The notes under the pieces were generated by a model that ran no database searches, was not told the origin of the DNA, and saw nothing but the letters and a program-made list of their open reading frames with translations. A DNA stretch of 64,000 nucleotides from an uncultured virus (IMG/VR IMGVR_UViG_2675903202_000003) (Duplodnaviria; Heunggongvirae; Uroviricota; Caudoviricetes): positions 22,985 through 86,984 of IMG/VR virus record IMGVR_UViG_2675903202_000003. One strand, written 5' to 3'. Of this stretch, positions 27,067 through 36,715 are shown piece by piece. Numbering within the stretch: the stretch's first letter is position 1; each line of letters opens with the position of its first letter. The translations under genes and the position numbers were made by a program.

Positions 27067-28462
27067 CCTCGACCTCTACCGCCGCACGCCGACCGAGGCG
27101 CTCCCCGATCCGGGCGAGCTGAGCACGGCCCGCAGACCGCTGTCGGTCGGCGCGGACCCGCTGCCGCTGAGCCTCCGTCAGCCCGACCATCTCCAGCGCG
27201 ACCTCCGAATCCGCGGGGATGATGCCGGCCTGCACCAACTTCACCGCCGCGTCGGTCTGCGCCGCGACCGTCGGCGTCGCCGGATTCCGCCACACCGTCT
27301 CAATGCGCCGCGCCCGCTCCGGCACCTCGCCCCGCCAGATCAGCAGCGCCAACTGCAGGACCTGCGCCCACGGAGTGTTCAACATCGTCTGCTTCCGCTC
27401 GGCGCGCTTCACCAACTGCGCCTCCGTGGAGCGGATCGCGTCCGCGCTGGCGGGGTTGTCGGTGGTGTAGCCGAGATAGTGCGGCGGCAGGCCCAACTGC
27501 GTCGCCATGATCCGCGCATACAGGTCCACGATCTTCGTGTACGCGGACGGGTCGTACGCGGCGAACGTACCGACCTGCGGGACCTCGCCCTCCTCGTCCC
27601 GCTCGAGCGCCAGCACCCGACCGATGTAGGTCTCCCACGCGCTCTTCGCGTTGCCCTCGGCATCCTGAAACGCGCTCTCGGACGCCCCGAGGATGTACCG
27701 CTGCGGCGCCCCGTAGAACTCCCGGGCGACTTCCATCCCGAGTAGCGTCCGGCACGCCGCGTCCGTGATGCCCATGACCGACGACGTGATCTCGCTGCGG
27801 CCAACCCGCTCCGACGTCCGCTGCCGATTCGCGAAACGCACCACCGGCACCATGCCGAGTCCGTGCATGTCCCGGTCGACGACCTCCCAGCCGCCCGAAT
27901 CCGACTGCACCACGTACACCGTCTGGTCAGGGAGATACAGCGTCGCCGCCTGCTCCTCCCCCACCTTGTAGAGGCGCAGCGACGCCCGCACCGCACGCAG
28001 CCGCGCGTCGTAGTCCACCGTCATGTCCATCGGCGACTCGACCGTGATCAGCGGAGGCGCCTCCGCGTCCTCCCCCGACCCGACCGCGGCGTACGCGCGA
28101 CCGTAGATGAACGAGTCCAAGTGCCCGAGCTCCGACTCGGCCAGCAACTGGTTCGCGGTCGCGATCTCCTCCAGCTCACCCGACGACGCCGGGTCGCCCG
28201 CGTACCGCCACGCCTCGATGTCGAGGCGCTGCTCGAGCGCGTCCACGCCGATCTGCGGCCACCCGATGACCGTGTGGAGGCCCTGAAGCTGCGGCGGGAT
28301 GCTGATCTTCAGGTCCCGGATGACCTGCTCACCGTTGTAGTAGCAGTCCCGCAACTCCAGCGGGAACCGAGCCGACATCAGCTCCGCGCGCAGTGCGTTG
28401 ATCAGGCGGGTCTCGTCGTCGGACAGGTCCAGCAGACGTAGTTCCGGGACGGTGACCGTCAT
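27041..28462 (-). CDS. Portal protein (SPP1-like)
   Basis: YYNGEQ, GWP..VDAL..RL, H.LG.VPVV.F.N, GRSEI, NPASADAI, WRNP.TPT. Confidence 0.93.
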   Translation of the reverse strand: MTVTVPELRLLDLSDDETRLINALRAELMSARFPLELRDCYYNGEQVIRDLKISIPPQLQGLHTVIGWPQIGVDALEQRLDIEAWRYAGDPASSGELEEIATANQLLAESELGHLDSFIYGRAYAAVGSGEDAEAPPLITVESPMDMTVDYDARLRAVRASLRLYKVGEEQAATLYLPDQTVYVVQSDSGGWEVVDRDMHGLGMVPVVRFANRQRTSERVGRSEITSSVMGITDAACRTLLGMEVAREFYGAPQRYILGASESAFQDAEGNAKSAWETYIGRVLALERDEEGEVPQVGTFAAYDPSAYTKIVDLYARIMATQLGLPPHYLGYTTDNPASADAIRSTEAQLVKRAERKQTMLNTPWAQVLQLALLIWRGEVPERARRIETVWRNPATPTVAAQTDAAVKLVQAGIIPADSEVALEMVGLTEAQRQRVRADRQRSAGRAQLARIGERLGRRAAVEVEDGDADRVA

Positions 28463-30120
28463 GACAGTACGACCACCCTTCCCTTGCCTGCCGAGCGTCG
28501 TCTGCGCAGGCGTTTCTGCCACTGTGGGCTGTTCAGCAGGGTCCGCCGCACCATCCGGGCGCCGATCATGCAGACACCGGCGTCGATCTTCAGTGGCGAG
28601 TCCGGGGTCTCCTTCGACACCGACACGCCCCACCGGTTCGGGTGCCGCCGCAGATTCACCACATGCCGGGTCAGCCGAGCGTCGTCGTCATGGGTGAACG
28701 CCTTCTCTCTGATCTCCGCCTCCACGAGCTCGGCAGCCATCGTGAAGTCGTAGACGTGAGATCGCATGTCCCACGCGATGGGCTGCGGATCCTTACCCGT
28801 CGGCACCGCCATGATCAGAAGCTTGTCGGCGTACCGCGTAGGCCACGTGACCTTCGCGAACCCCTCCCACTCCTTCACATCGGCGAAGAACGCCAGCACC
28901 TGCCAGCGGTCAAACGCCTGCTCCACGGCCGCGTCGACCTGCGCGACGGGCACGACGTCGTTGCTGTCGTGGGATGGGTTCGGCTCCCAGATCCCGATGG
29001 TGAAGACGTGACCGTCCTCGACCCGGCACCCGACCAGCGCCGTGGCGTCGCGGCTCTTGCTGCCGTCGAAGAACATGACGATCTCTTCGCCGTCGGCCAC
29101 CTGCCGCTTCGGGTCGGCCAGCACGGTCCAATCCTGAGGCACCAGCCATGCGTCCTCGGGGGCGGTCGGCCAGTTCAGGTACTTGCGCTTGGAATCGTCC
29201 GGCCGAGACTGCGGATCCCAGATCCGTTCCATGATCGGGCGGATCTGCTGCCAGAAGCAGTCGTCATACACGAACTTCAGGGCCCGTTCCAGCGACTCTG
29301 GATCCTTCATGTCGGTGTCCGGGGGCGCGATCCGAGCGTCGTACAAGATCCGCGACTCGCCGCGGGTCCGGCCCTCCTCCTGCGCCACCCACGCATCCCA
29401 CGACGACTCGGCGACCGAACCGATCCCGGGCTTCCACGCGTTGCAGGTCTGCAGCATCCGGGAACCCGACTTGGTCAGGTTGTCCTCGAGCGTCGCCACG
29501 AGTTCTGGGCCACCGTTCGCCGGCCGCCAGTGCTCGGTCTCGTCGGCCACGATGAAGCTCGCCTCGGCGCCCTCCGCCGCGGTCGACGAGGACGTGATGA
29601 CCTCCAGCGTCCCCTCGGGCGGCTTGTAGTACTTGACCTTCCCTGGATCCAGCGAGAAGTCGCGTACGAGCTTCGAGCCCTTGGCGGCCAGGGCCCGCAC
29701 CATCCGCATCGTGTTCGCCGTCTGCGACTCGGCCGTCGCGGCGATCTGCACGAGCGGCATGTCCACCGGCTTACCGACGCAGCCGCCGGGCCTGTCCGGG
29801 GCGAAGTCCTTCAGCCGCACCGGCGCCGTGAACTCCGCGAGCGCCAGCACCGCGGCGAACGGCGACTTCCCTGACCCCTTCGCCAGCCGCCGCACGGCGT
29901 GGCGGAACAGCCAGTTGCCGTCCCCATCGACGGCGTACCACCACAGCAGGAAACGGATCTGCGACTCCACGAACGCCCAGCGCTGCCCGGCCCGCGGACC
30001 GTTCGGGTGCCGCAGATAGGTGGACGCCCACCCGACCACTTCCCACCCGAGCGTCAGCTCCGGGACGCCCTGAGGAACCGTGACGAGCCGGTTAGCCGGA
30101 GAGACGACGCTGCCACTCAT
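28459..30120 (-). CDS. terL: Terminase large subunit
   Basis: RRLAKGSGKSP Walker A, VADETEHW Walker B, FFDGSKSRDATALV and KIDA nuclease motifs. Confidence 0.95.
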   Translation of the reverse strand: MSGSVVSPANRLVTVPQGVPELTLGWEVVGWASTYLRHPNGPRAGQRWAFVESQIRFLLWWYAVDGDGNWLFRHAVRRLAKGSGKSPFAAVLALAEFTAPVRLKDFAPDRPGGCVGKPVDMPLVQIAATAESQTANTMRMVRALAAKGSKLVRDFSLDPGKVKYYKPPEGTLEVITSSSTAAEGAEASFIVADETEHWRPANGGPELVATLEDNLTKSGSRMLQTCNAWKPGIGSVAESSWDAWVAQEEGRTRGESRILYDARIAPPDTDMKDPESLERALKFVYDDCFWQQIRPIMERIWDPQSRPDDSKRKYLNWPTAPEDAWLVPQDWTVLADPKRQVADGEEIVMFFDGSKSRDATALVGCRVEDGHVFTIGIWEPNPSHDSNDVVPVAQVDAAVEQAFDRWQVLAFFADVKEWEGFAKVTWPTRYADKLLIMAVPTGKDPQPIAWDMRSHVYDFTMAAELVEAEIREKAFTHDDDARLTRHVVNLRRHPNRWGVSVSKETPDSPLKIDAGVCMIGARMVRRTLLNSPQWQKRLRRRRSAGKGRVVVLS

Positions 30121-30526
30121 CGATCGCCGTCACGCCCGCCTGCTCATCCGGGTCCGCCTTCGGAGCCCGTTCCAACTCGATGCGGAGCCGACGACGGTCG
30201 CCCTCGGTGGTGAGGAGACTCGACATCCCCGACAGTACGGCCGCGAACAGCTGCGCCGAGAACCGCCCGGCCTCCAGGTTCCGCGACATCGCCTCCGCGA
30301 CGAACCGTGCCGTCTGCCAATCGGACGGCTCGTAGAACACTGCCTGACCTGACTCCCCCAGCGAGCGGAACCACTCCCGGGCGATCTCGTGCCAGTGCTC
30401 GTCCGGCTCCATCGCCGGCACGGTCCCGGCATCCACCTCGACCTTGGTGACGTTCTCCTGTTCCGCCTTCGTGCGGTGGCCATGCCGTTGGTCAGAGCGC
30501 TTACCAATCGGGCCTCGAGCTCCCAT
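30092..30526 (-). CDS. terS: Terminase small subunit
   Basis: RGP..KRS, WH.IA..W..SL..SGQ..FY.PSDW, LL.TEGDRRRLRIEL. Confidence 0.9.
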   Translation of the reverse strand: MGARGPIGKRSDQRHGHRTKAEQENVTKVEVDAGTVPAMEPDEHWHEIAREWFRSLGESGQAVFYEPSDWQTARFVAEAMSRNLEAGRFSAQLFAAVLSGMSSLLTTEGDRRRLRIELERAPKADPDEQAGVTAIDEWQRRLSG

Positions 30527-30941
30527 ATCGACCTCCTGGGTCACGCGCCACCAGGGCACGCAGGGCAACTACGTAGGGTTACGAACATCGGGGCTCATCG
30601 GCCCCAAAACCTGGGATGGATCTCCGGCGCTATACGAGGCCGGTGCGGGGTGAGGGGGGCGAGGGGGCGATCCCCCACCCGCAGTAACACAGAGTGACGA
30701 TCTTGGGGGGTGCTGGAGGGGCCCGGTTGGGCGGCCGGGAGGCCGGGTCGGCGGTGATCTTGGACGGCTGTCAATGCGTTGTTGATCTTGTGTTCGCTGT
30801 GATGCTCGTGATCGCTGTCGTGTCGTAGCAGATGGTCATCGGCGTTGGCTGGTGTGCTGCTGCCTGTGACCTGGTGTGCTGCCGTGCTGCCGTGCTGCCC
30901 CGTCGGCCCGCCCCGTGCCGGCTGGTCGGGTGTGGTGCTGT

Positions 30942-31178
30942 CTAGGGTTCGTCTGGTCCGACGAACTGGGACTGACGAAGGATCTCCGAAGCAGCAGTGA
31001 TGAGGGCAAGCTGGTCGAGCCAACTGGTTCCCTCGCTGTTGGAGACCACGACTCCGACCTCACCGTTGCTCGCTATCACCTTGCTGACCACGACCGCGTT
31101 GGCGACCAGGTCTCCGTCGGCGAGGTCGAGGGTGACTCCGAGGTTGCGGAGGATCTGGTCGGCAGGTTGTGCGGGCAT
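30942..31178 (-). CDS. Hypothetical protein
   Basis: Open frame with typical codon usage (start could be 31193). Confidence 0.6.
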   Translation of the reverse strand: MPAQPADQILRNLGVTLDLADGDLVANAVVVSKVIASNGEVGVVVSNSEGTSWLDQLALITAASEILRQSQFVGPDEP

Positions 31179-31229
31179 GCGGTTCCCGGTCATGTGTCGG
31201 TGAAAGTCGATACGTGAACGTGTTGTGCG

Positions 31230-31466
31230 TCAGCGTCGCTTGCCGACGTTGGCTCGACTGCCTGTGTACGCGCCCGTGTTCCTGCGGTGGAGGCGCTGGC
31301 AGTAGCCCTTGGCTCGGGCACCCATGTACTTCGACAGGGCGCGGTTGCAGCGGGTCCAGTCTCCGGGCGTGCCCCACCGGATTGTCGCGTTGCCCTTGCC
31401 GCCCTTGGACCAGTAGCGGCGGAGCGTCTCTGCGCTGCCGGGTTCTCTGCCGCGTCGCGTCGCCAT
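31230..31466 (-). CDS. Conserved small actinophage protein
   Basis: LRRYW..G.G...IRWGTPGDW.RC...L.KY.....GYC..LH; GGAGG RBS. Confidence 0.75.
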   Translation of the reverse strand: MATRRGREPGSAETLRRYWSKGGKGNATIRWGTPGDWTRCNRALSKYMGARAKGYCQRLHRRNTGAYTGSRANVGKRR

Positions 31467-31513
31467 GATGTTCGCACCTCCGTCCGTTGGTTGTTCCCGC
31501 CGCAGGGCGGGGA

Positions 31514-31825
31514 TCACGTGCGGAGTCCGGGGTGTGGTTCGGGTGGGCGTTGCCGCTTGGGCTTCTTCACCTGCGCCGCCTTGCCGCCCTCGCTGCTCGA
31601 CTTGTAGACGTGGCACCGCGGGCCAGTACGCCTGCCATGGATCGGGGCGAGGGACTCGATGCGGTGGTCGTCCCCCGCGACGATGTGGTCGATCTCGTCG
31701 GCGCCCGGTAGTCCGCACACGTGGCAGGTGTCGCCGTGGATGCGGAACACCTCGGCGCGGCGGGCTGCCCAGTCGCGTGGGAGGCGCGAGGCGCGGTCGG
31801 AGTTCGCCCATTGCCCGTTCGGCAT
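31514..31825 (-). CDS. HNH endonuclease (terminase-associated)
   Basis: LP.DW...R..V, CHVC...A.EIDHI..GDDH, CH..KSS.EG. Confidence 0.88.
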   Translation of the reverse strand: MPNGQWANSDRASRLPRDWAARRAEVFRIHGDTCHVCGLPGADEIDHIVAGDDHRIESLAPIHGRRTGPRCHVYKSSSEGGKAAQVKKPKRQRPPEPHPGLRT

Positions 31826-31879
31826 GGTCTCCCCCTTGGTTACTGAGGAGTATGGGTGCCGTGTTTCCGCAGGTGACAT

Positions 31880-32569
31880 TCACGCCACCTGGCGGTTCAC
31901 GGTTCCTTCCGTGAGCAGCGCCCTCATCGTTTCGGGGTCGCCGTCGGCTTGGTGGTACCGGTAGACGAGCGCGAAGTTGTCGCGGTACTGGTCGCCTTCC
32001 TTGACCGCGGACTCGTGGTGCAGGGCGTACACGCGGCCCTCATGCCGGGCTGGTGGGGCGCCGAGGAGCGTGGTGTGGGCCGAGTACCAGGCTGCGTCTT
32101 CGCCGCCCCAGCCGAGGAACCGTTCGTCCTGCCCGTGGTGCGCCCACCACGTCTTCGGGGTTGTGACGTAGACGCCGGAGCAGGCGCCGGCCACCACGAA
32201 GGCGTTGCATGCTTCCAGCGGGCGGCCCGCCTGGTATTGGCGGGTGCCGTCCGCGCGGAGGGACCGGTACTCGGTGTAGGGCAGATGCACCCGGTCGTCC
32301 GTCACTGCGGCTTCGATCGCGGCGGTGAGCGGGCCGTGTTCGGGGAGGGTGTCGGCGTCAGCGAGGACCACAACGTCGTACCTGCTGGCTTCGCCGCGGC
32401 GGACGCCCTCGTTGCGGCACGCGGCGAGGCAGAACGGTTCGTGCGCGGTGTCGACGTTCAGGAAGTCGGCGTCGGGCAGCAGGTACCGGTAGCGGGCCGT
32501 GGTGATGTCGTGGGCGTAGACGCGGTCCGGCTGGGGACGCCACGGGATCGCGACGAGGACGCGGGTCAC
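31880..32569 (-). CDS. GT-A glycosyltransferase (GT2/GT7-like)
   Basis: VAIPWR, F..A..RN.G, DADT (DxD), GQDERFLGWGGED, LHH. Confidence 0.85.
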   Translation of the reverse strand: MTRVLVAIPWRPQPDRVYAHDITTARYRYLLPDADFLNVDTAHEPFCLAACRNEGVRRGEASRYDVVVLADADTLPEHGPLTAAIEAAVTDDRVHLPYTEYRSLRADGTRQYQAGRPLEACNAFVVAGACSGVYVTTPKTWWAHHGQDERFLGWGGEDAAWYSAHTTLLGAPPARHEGRVYALHHESAVKEGDQYRDNFALVYRYHQADGDPETMRALLTEGTVNRQVA

Positions 32570-32727
32570 GGAGAGGCGCCCATGCTGGCCGCGATGATGG
32601 TGCACACCATCTGCATTGCTTGCGCGCCGGTGAAGCCGGCGGCAACGTACAACTCGTACACCTCGTGGAGTTGGACGGCCATCGCGGCGAGGTCGGTGAC
32701 CGGGTCGGCTGGCATCCTGTCGGCCAT
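32566..32727 (-). CDS. Small hypothetical phage protein
   Basis: MADRMPADPVTDLAAMAVQLHEVYELYVAAGFTGAQAMQMV...; coupled overlaps on both sides. Confidence 0.7.
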   Translation of the reverse strand: MADRMPADPVTDLAAMAVQLHEVYELYVAAGFTGAQAMQMVCTIIAASMGASP

Positions 32728-33788
32728 CACGCCACCTCCGCGGGAATGTTCATGCCCTCACGAGTCCGCATCGCGGTGACCGTCTTCGCGATCGCGGCAG
32801 CGGCTTCGAGAGGCCACGTGCCGTTGCGGACGGAGGCGGCGGAGACATCAATGTGGAATCCGGAGACCCGGCCGCGGCCACCCGGCTCGGTCGGGATGCC
32901 GCCGCCCTGCTTGTCCCAGTCCACGGTCCAGGTGAGCTCACGGCGGCGAAGCTTCTCGCGGCCGAACTCGCAGCGCTGCAGTTGGAGAGTGACGGTGTGG
33001 TCGTCGCCGTGCGGGAGCCGCACGGTCGCTTCCACAGGGTCGCCTTCGTCGGTGAACCAGTAGCGCTTCTGCCCGAACAGCTTCGTGGCGACGTCGAGGT
33101 TGATGGAGCCCTGCTGCCAGCGCGGGTCGCTCCTGGACCAGTGGTCCCGTCTCGCCCACAGCTGCCAGGTGAGCCGGTTGTGGTCGATGTCGACGCCGAT
33201 GACGCGGGATTCGTAACCGGTGGGGTTGAGGCGGCGTTGGAGTCCGCGGCCGAGGGTGTTGGCGCCGAGGTAGAGGGCGCCGATCGGGTGGATGCGGATG
33301 TGAGCGGCGATGGGCTCTTCGCTGCCGCTGTTCCCGACCTTGGCCTCGATGGAGGCGCCGGGGATGTTCTTGCCGAGGATGGCCTGCCCGCTGAACGTCC
33401 AGGTCGGGTTCGCCGGCCACGGCCCGGGGTGCGGGGCATGCGGGCCGACGGTGGCTTCACCACGGGCCTGTTGCGCCTTCAGCACTTCGGCGTGAACAGG
33501 CTGGCTCTTGGTCCACGGGCCGGTGTAGGCGTCGCCGACGCTCCACTCGGCAGGGTCGAGGGCGCCTTGCGGGTTGGGGCGTTCGCCGCAGCGGTCGCAC
33601 ACCACCCAGCGGGCGGTGTGGCCGGGAGTGCTGCCGTCGCCGAAGCCGTCCACGACCGGCTTGTGCCCGAACGTGCGGCAGGTGAGAAGCGGGCGCGGGA
33701 TGTCGTTGATCCAGAAGCCGCGGTCGAAGAGGCGCCCGCGGGGAGGCGTGTCTTCCTGGGCGCGGTAGTCGACGGTGTGGCCCCTCAT
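32727..33788 (-). CDS. Hypothetical protein (Trp-rich)
   Basis: 353-aa ORF with coupled start/stop overlaps. Confidence 0.7.
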   Translation of the reverse strand: MRGHTVDYRAQEDTPPRGRLFDRGFWINDIPRPLLTCRTFGHKPVVDGFGDGSTPGHTARWVVCDRCGERPNPQGALDPAEWSVGDAYTGPWTKSQPVHAEVLKAQQARGEATVGPHAPHPGPWPANPTWTFSGQAILGKNIPGASIEAKVGNSGSEEPIAAHIRIHPIGALYLGANTLGRGLQRRLNPTGYESRVIGVDIDHNRLTWQLWARRDHWSRSDPRWQQGSINLDVATKLFGQKRYWFTDEGDPVEATVRLPHGDDHTVTLQLQRCEFGREKLRRRELTWTVDWDKQGGGIPTEPGGRGRVSGFHIDVSAASVRNGTWPLEAAAAIAKTVTAMRTREGMNIPAEVA

Positions 33789-34051
33789 CGGCGGCCCGCC
33801 TCGTCCACGGTGTTGTGCACGCGCTCGGCGACACGCTTCAGGTCGTCCTCATCCAAACGGGGCACCATGCGGACGCGGACCTCGCCCAGCGACTCGGCGG
33901 TGTCGTCCAGGTCGGCCTGTACCTCGACGTCGTCCAGGTTGCGTGGAGCGGCGAAGTTGATGAGGTCCCCAGTCGTCGGCTCGTCGAAGCCCGCCTCTTG
34001 GAGTTCGTCGCGGTAGGCGGCGAGGCGCTGCGCGGTCGTAAGGTACTTCAC
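33785..34051 (-). CDS. Hypothetical protein
   Basis: GTGA overlap; VKYLTTAQRLAAYRDEL..AGF. Confidence 0.65.
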   Translation of the reverse strand: MKYLTTAQRLAAYRDELQEAGFDEPTTGDLINFAAPRNLDDVEVQADLDDTAESLGEVRVRMVPRLDEDDLKRVAERVHNTVDEAGRR

Positions 34052-34362
34052 GCCAGGTCCCCTTCCGCGGCGATGGTGACGCGGCGGGCGAACAGGGTGA
34101 GGGTCACGTAGACGGTGTCCTCGCCACGTCCGTCGTTGAAGGTCATGTCGTGGACCTTGATCTGATGACCGTCGGGGATCAGCAGCGGGATGCCGTTGAT
34201 ACGGACTTCGTTCGGGATGATGACGCTGCCGCCGGGGGTGTCGTCGGTGGTGTTGCTCTTCTCGACGATCTCGATGAGTGCAGCCGTGGGCTGCTTCGGC
34301 TTCTCCTCGTCCGGGGCGATGCCGTTGTCCAGGCTGTTGAGCGGGTAGTCGCTGTCGGGCAT
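34048..34362 (-). CDS. Hypothetical protein
   Basis: GAAGGA RBS; VIIPNEVRING.PLL.P. Confidence 0.7.
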   Translation of the reverse strand: MPDSDYPLNSLDNGIAPDEEKPKQPTAALIEIVEKSNTTDDTPGGSVIIPNEVRINGIPLLIPDGHQIKVHDMTFNDGRGEDTVYVTLTLFARRVTIAAEGDLA

Positions 34363-34523
34363 GAGGGGTCCTTCTGTTGGAGTGGGTTGGGCCCGGTCTG
34401 CGTCCACGCCGCCCCCACTCCAAGGAGGAGGAACGCAGACCGGGGGATCAGGGGACGATCTTCCAAAATGGTTACATTTTCATAACCATTCGTTGCTTGT
34501 CGCGCTGTCCAAATAAGTACAAA

Positions 34524-34563
34524 GGAGTACGTGGGAGTACGTAGGAGTACGTGGGAGACCGTG
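34524..34563 (+). repeat. Four tandem 10-bp repeats GGAGTACGT(G/A)
   Basis: GGAGTACGTG GGAGTACGTA GGAGTACGTG GGAGACCGTG in an AT-richer intergenic region. Confidence 0.85.
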
Positions 34564-34649
34564 GAAGGACGGGGAGTAAACGGGATCTACGGGGCTCATC
34601 CACGAACACACACGCGCGCTTATCAGCGGTGCATGCCATAGTCCGAATT

Positions 34650-35129
34650 ATGGACGCATGGAACGATCGCATTCGAGTCGGCGAAGCTCACGAACTTCGG
34701 GTCACTGAGGCTCTCAGGGCTTCGGGGTGGAACGTCGCTCCCTGGGGCCAGGGCATCTTGCCGCCACGTATCCAGGATGCGCTCAGCCACAGCAATTCCC
34801 GTTGGCGCTATTTCCCCGACCTGGTCGCAGCCCGAGATGGCGACGTGGTCACGATCGACGCCAAAGATCGTATGAGGTCCACCCACTCGAACCGGTACGC
34901 GGTCAAGCGCGACTGCGTCAGTTTCGGGCTGCAGTTCCTCGCTGCCTTTGAGCTTCCTGTGTTCTACGTCTTCGGGAATCTCAGCGTGCTGACTCCAACA
35001 GAGGTGCAAACGTACGGGACAGTCGGGCCACGTTCCCACGGAGGCGCCTACTACCTCGTCCCCGACAGGCTGGGACACCACTTTGACGATGTCTTCGGAG
35101 ACGTCCATTCACGTGGTCAGGTCGCTTGA
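34650..35129 (+). CDS. PD-(D/E)XK nuclease-like protein (moron, opposite strand)
   Basis: G..HE..V...L...GW, FPDLV......VTIDAK; lower GC than its neighbours. Confidence 0.75.
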   Translation: MDAWNDRIRVGEAHELRVTEALRASGWNVAPWGQGILPPRIQDALSHSNSRWRYFPDLVAARDGDVVTIDAKDRMRSTHSNRYAVKRDCVSFGLQFLAAFELPVFYVFGNLSVLTPTEVQTYGTVGPRSHGGAYYLVPDRLGHHFDDVFGDVHSRGQVA

Positions 35130-35828
35130 TCAGTAGCCTGCGCCTACTCGGGTGTGGCCGATGTGTTCGACTCGGGGCGGGTCGCTGCGGGCGCCCCAGT
35201 AGGCGCCGCGGGTGCGCGGGTCGCGGAACAGTTCCTGGCCGAAACGGGACTCGGACCAGTCGCCGGACGGCCAGTCGTGATCGTAGGTGCGGGCCGGGAT
35301 CACCGAGGGGTTGCCGGTGAAGCAGGCGCGGTGCTCGATCCACGTGCGGCCGTTGTCGGTGACCTCGGTGAAGTCTTGGCCTTGCGCTTCGAGGGCTTCG
35401 ATGAGGCCGCCGTGCTCGACCTCGTTGCCGAACCAGGGCTGGCGGACGAGCGCGACCTGCGTGAGGTACGGGCGGTCGTTGAGGACGCCGGCGAGCTCCT
35501 CAAGGTCGACGGGCTGGTTGAAGACGAAGTCGTCCTCGAGGAAGAAGAACGTGGTGGTGCCGTAGAAGGCTGTCCAGTGGCGGGCGAGGGACCACACGGC
35601 CTGCATTGCGGCCCAGTAGCCGCGGGCCTTGCCGAGGTGGAGGATTTTGCCGTTGAGGGGGCCGCCGATGAACTCGTCCTCGAGCCACTGCCCGTACGTG
35701 GGGTCGCCGGAGTCGTCAACGATGACCATGTCGCCGACGCCCGTCAGGTGCTCGATTGCGGACGGGATCGTTTTGGAGATGCAGTCGGGGCGGCCGTTGG
35801 TGAGGCAGATGATCGGAACCGGCATCAT
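35130..35828 (-). CDS. GT-A glycosyltransferase (GT2-like)
   Basis: LTNGR, IVDDSG, FFLEDDF, V.HIG..R. Confidence 0.82.
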   Translation of the reverse strand: MMPVPIICLTNGRPDCISKTIPSAIEHLTGVGDMVIVDDSGDPTYGQWLEDEFIGGPLNGKILHLGKARGYWAAMQAVWSLARHWTAFYGTTTFFFLEDDFVFNQPVDLEELAGVLNDRPYLTQVALVRQPWFGNEVEHGGLIEALEAQGQDFTEVTDNGRTWIEHRACFTGNPSVIPARTYDHDWPSGDWSESRFGQELFRDPRTRGAYWGARSDPPRVEHIGHTRVGAGY

Positions 35829-36715
35829 GCGTCCCGTGCTGCGGACAGGGCTCGGCGCACGCCCTCGGCGAGGGTGACGCGCGGCTTGTAGACCTCGCGG
35901 CAGCGGGCCGGGTCACCGACCCGGTACGCCACCCCGGCGGGCTTGCCGGTGAGGAACTCGAACCGCGGGTCGTAGCCGGCCTCGGCGCAGAACATCGCCG
36001 CGAGTTCGGCCATGGACACGCCAACGCCAGTGCAGAGGTTCAGTGGACCGTCCACGTCCGCATCGACTGCGGCCAGGGTTGCGCCCACCACGTCGTCCAC
36101 GTGTACCCAATCGCGGACCTGGGTGCCGTCGCCCCACACGACGAACGGGTCCTCGCGGCGCATCGCGCGGTCGCGGAACGCCCCGAACGGGAAGTCCGCG
36201 GTCTGGTCTTCGCCGTAGCCGGAGAACGGGCGCACCACCGTTATGGCGCCGCCCTGTGCGCGGTAGGCGTTCGCGAGGCGCTCCCCCGTCAGCTTCAGCC
36301 AACCGTAGATGGCGTCCGGGGTGCCGACGTTCAGCCGGTCGAAGCGGATGTCGTCCTCTCGCAGATTCCGCGGGAAGGCGTGGTCGTTCTGAAGGTCGAC
36401 GGGGTACGCGGCGGAGCTGGAGAAGTACACGACCCGCTTCGGGCGGACGTGCGCGGCCCACTCGAACATGGTCGCGTCAAGGCGGAGGTTCCCGGCGCCG
36501 ACTGTCAGGGCATGGTTGTCGATCGCAGTGCGGTGCGGGTCGACCGCGGCGCAGTGGATGACGAGGTCCCATGCGTTGCGGTCGGTGCGGAAGAAGTCGA
36601 ACGCGTTCCACTTGCCGACCTCGATGCCGAGGACGCGGTGGCCCTGCTCGACGAGCGCGGCGGTGAAGTGGCGGCCGAGGAACCCGCCCGCTCCGGTGAC
36701 GACGACGTCCATCAT
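35825..36715 (-). CDS. NAD-dependent nucleotide-sugar epimerase/dehydratase (extended SDR)
   Basis: VVTGAGGFLG, SSSAAY, YGWLK (YxxxK), RPFSGYG, GDGTQVRDWVHVDD. Confidence 0.92.
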   Translation of the reverse strand: MMDVVVTGAGGFLGRHFTAALVEQGHRVLGIEVGKWNAFDFFRTDRNAWDLVIHCAAVDPHRTAIDNHALTVGAGNLRLDATMFEWAAHVRPKRVVYFSSSAAYPVDLQNDHAFPRNLREDDIRFDRLNVGTPDAIYGWLKLTGERLANAYRAQGGAITVVRPFSGYGEDQTADFPFGAFRDRAMRREDPFVVWGDGTQVRDWVHVDDVVGATLAAVDADVDGPLNLCTGVGVSMAELAAMFCAEAGYDPRFEFLTGKPAGVAYRVGDPARCREVYKPRVTLAEGVRRALSAARDA

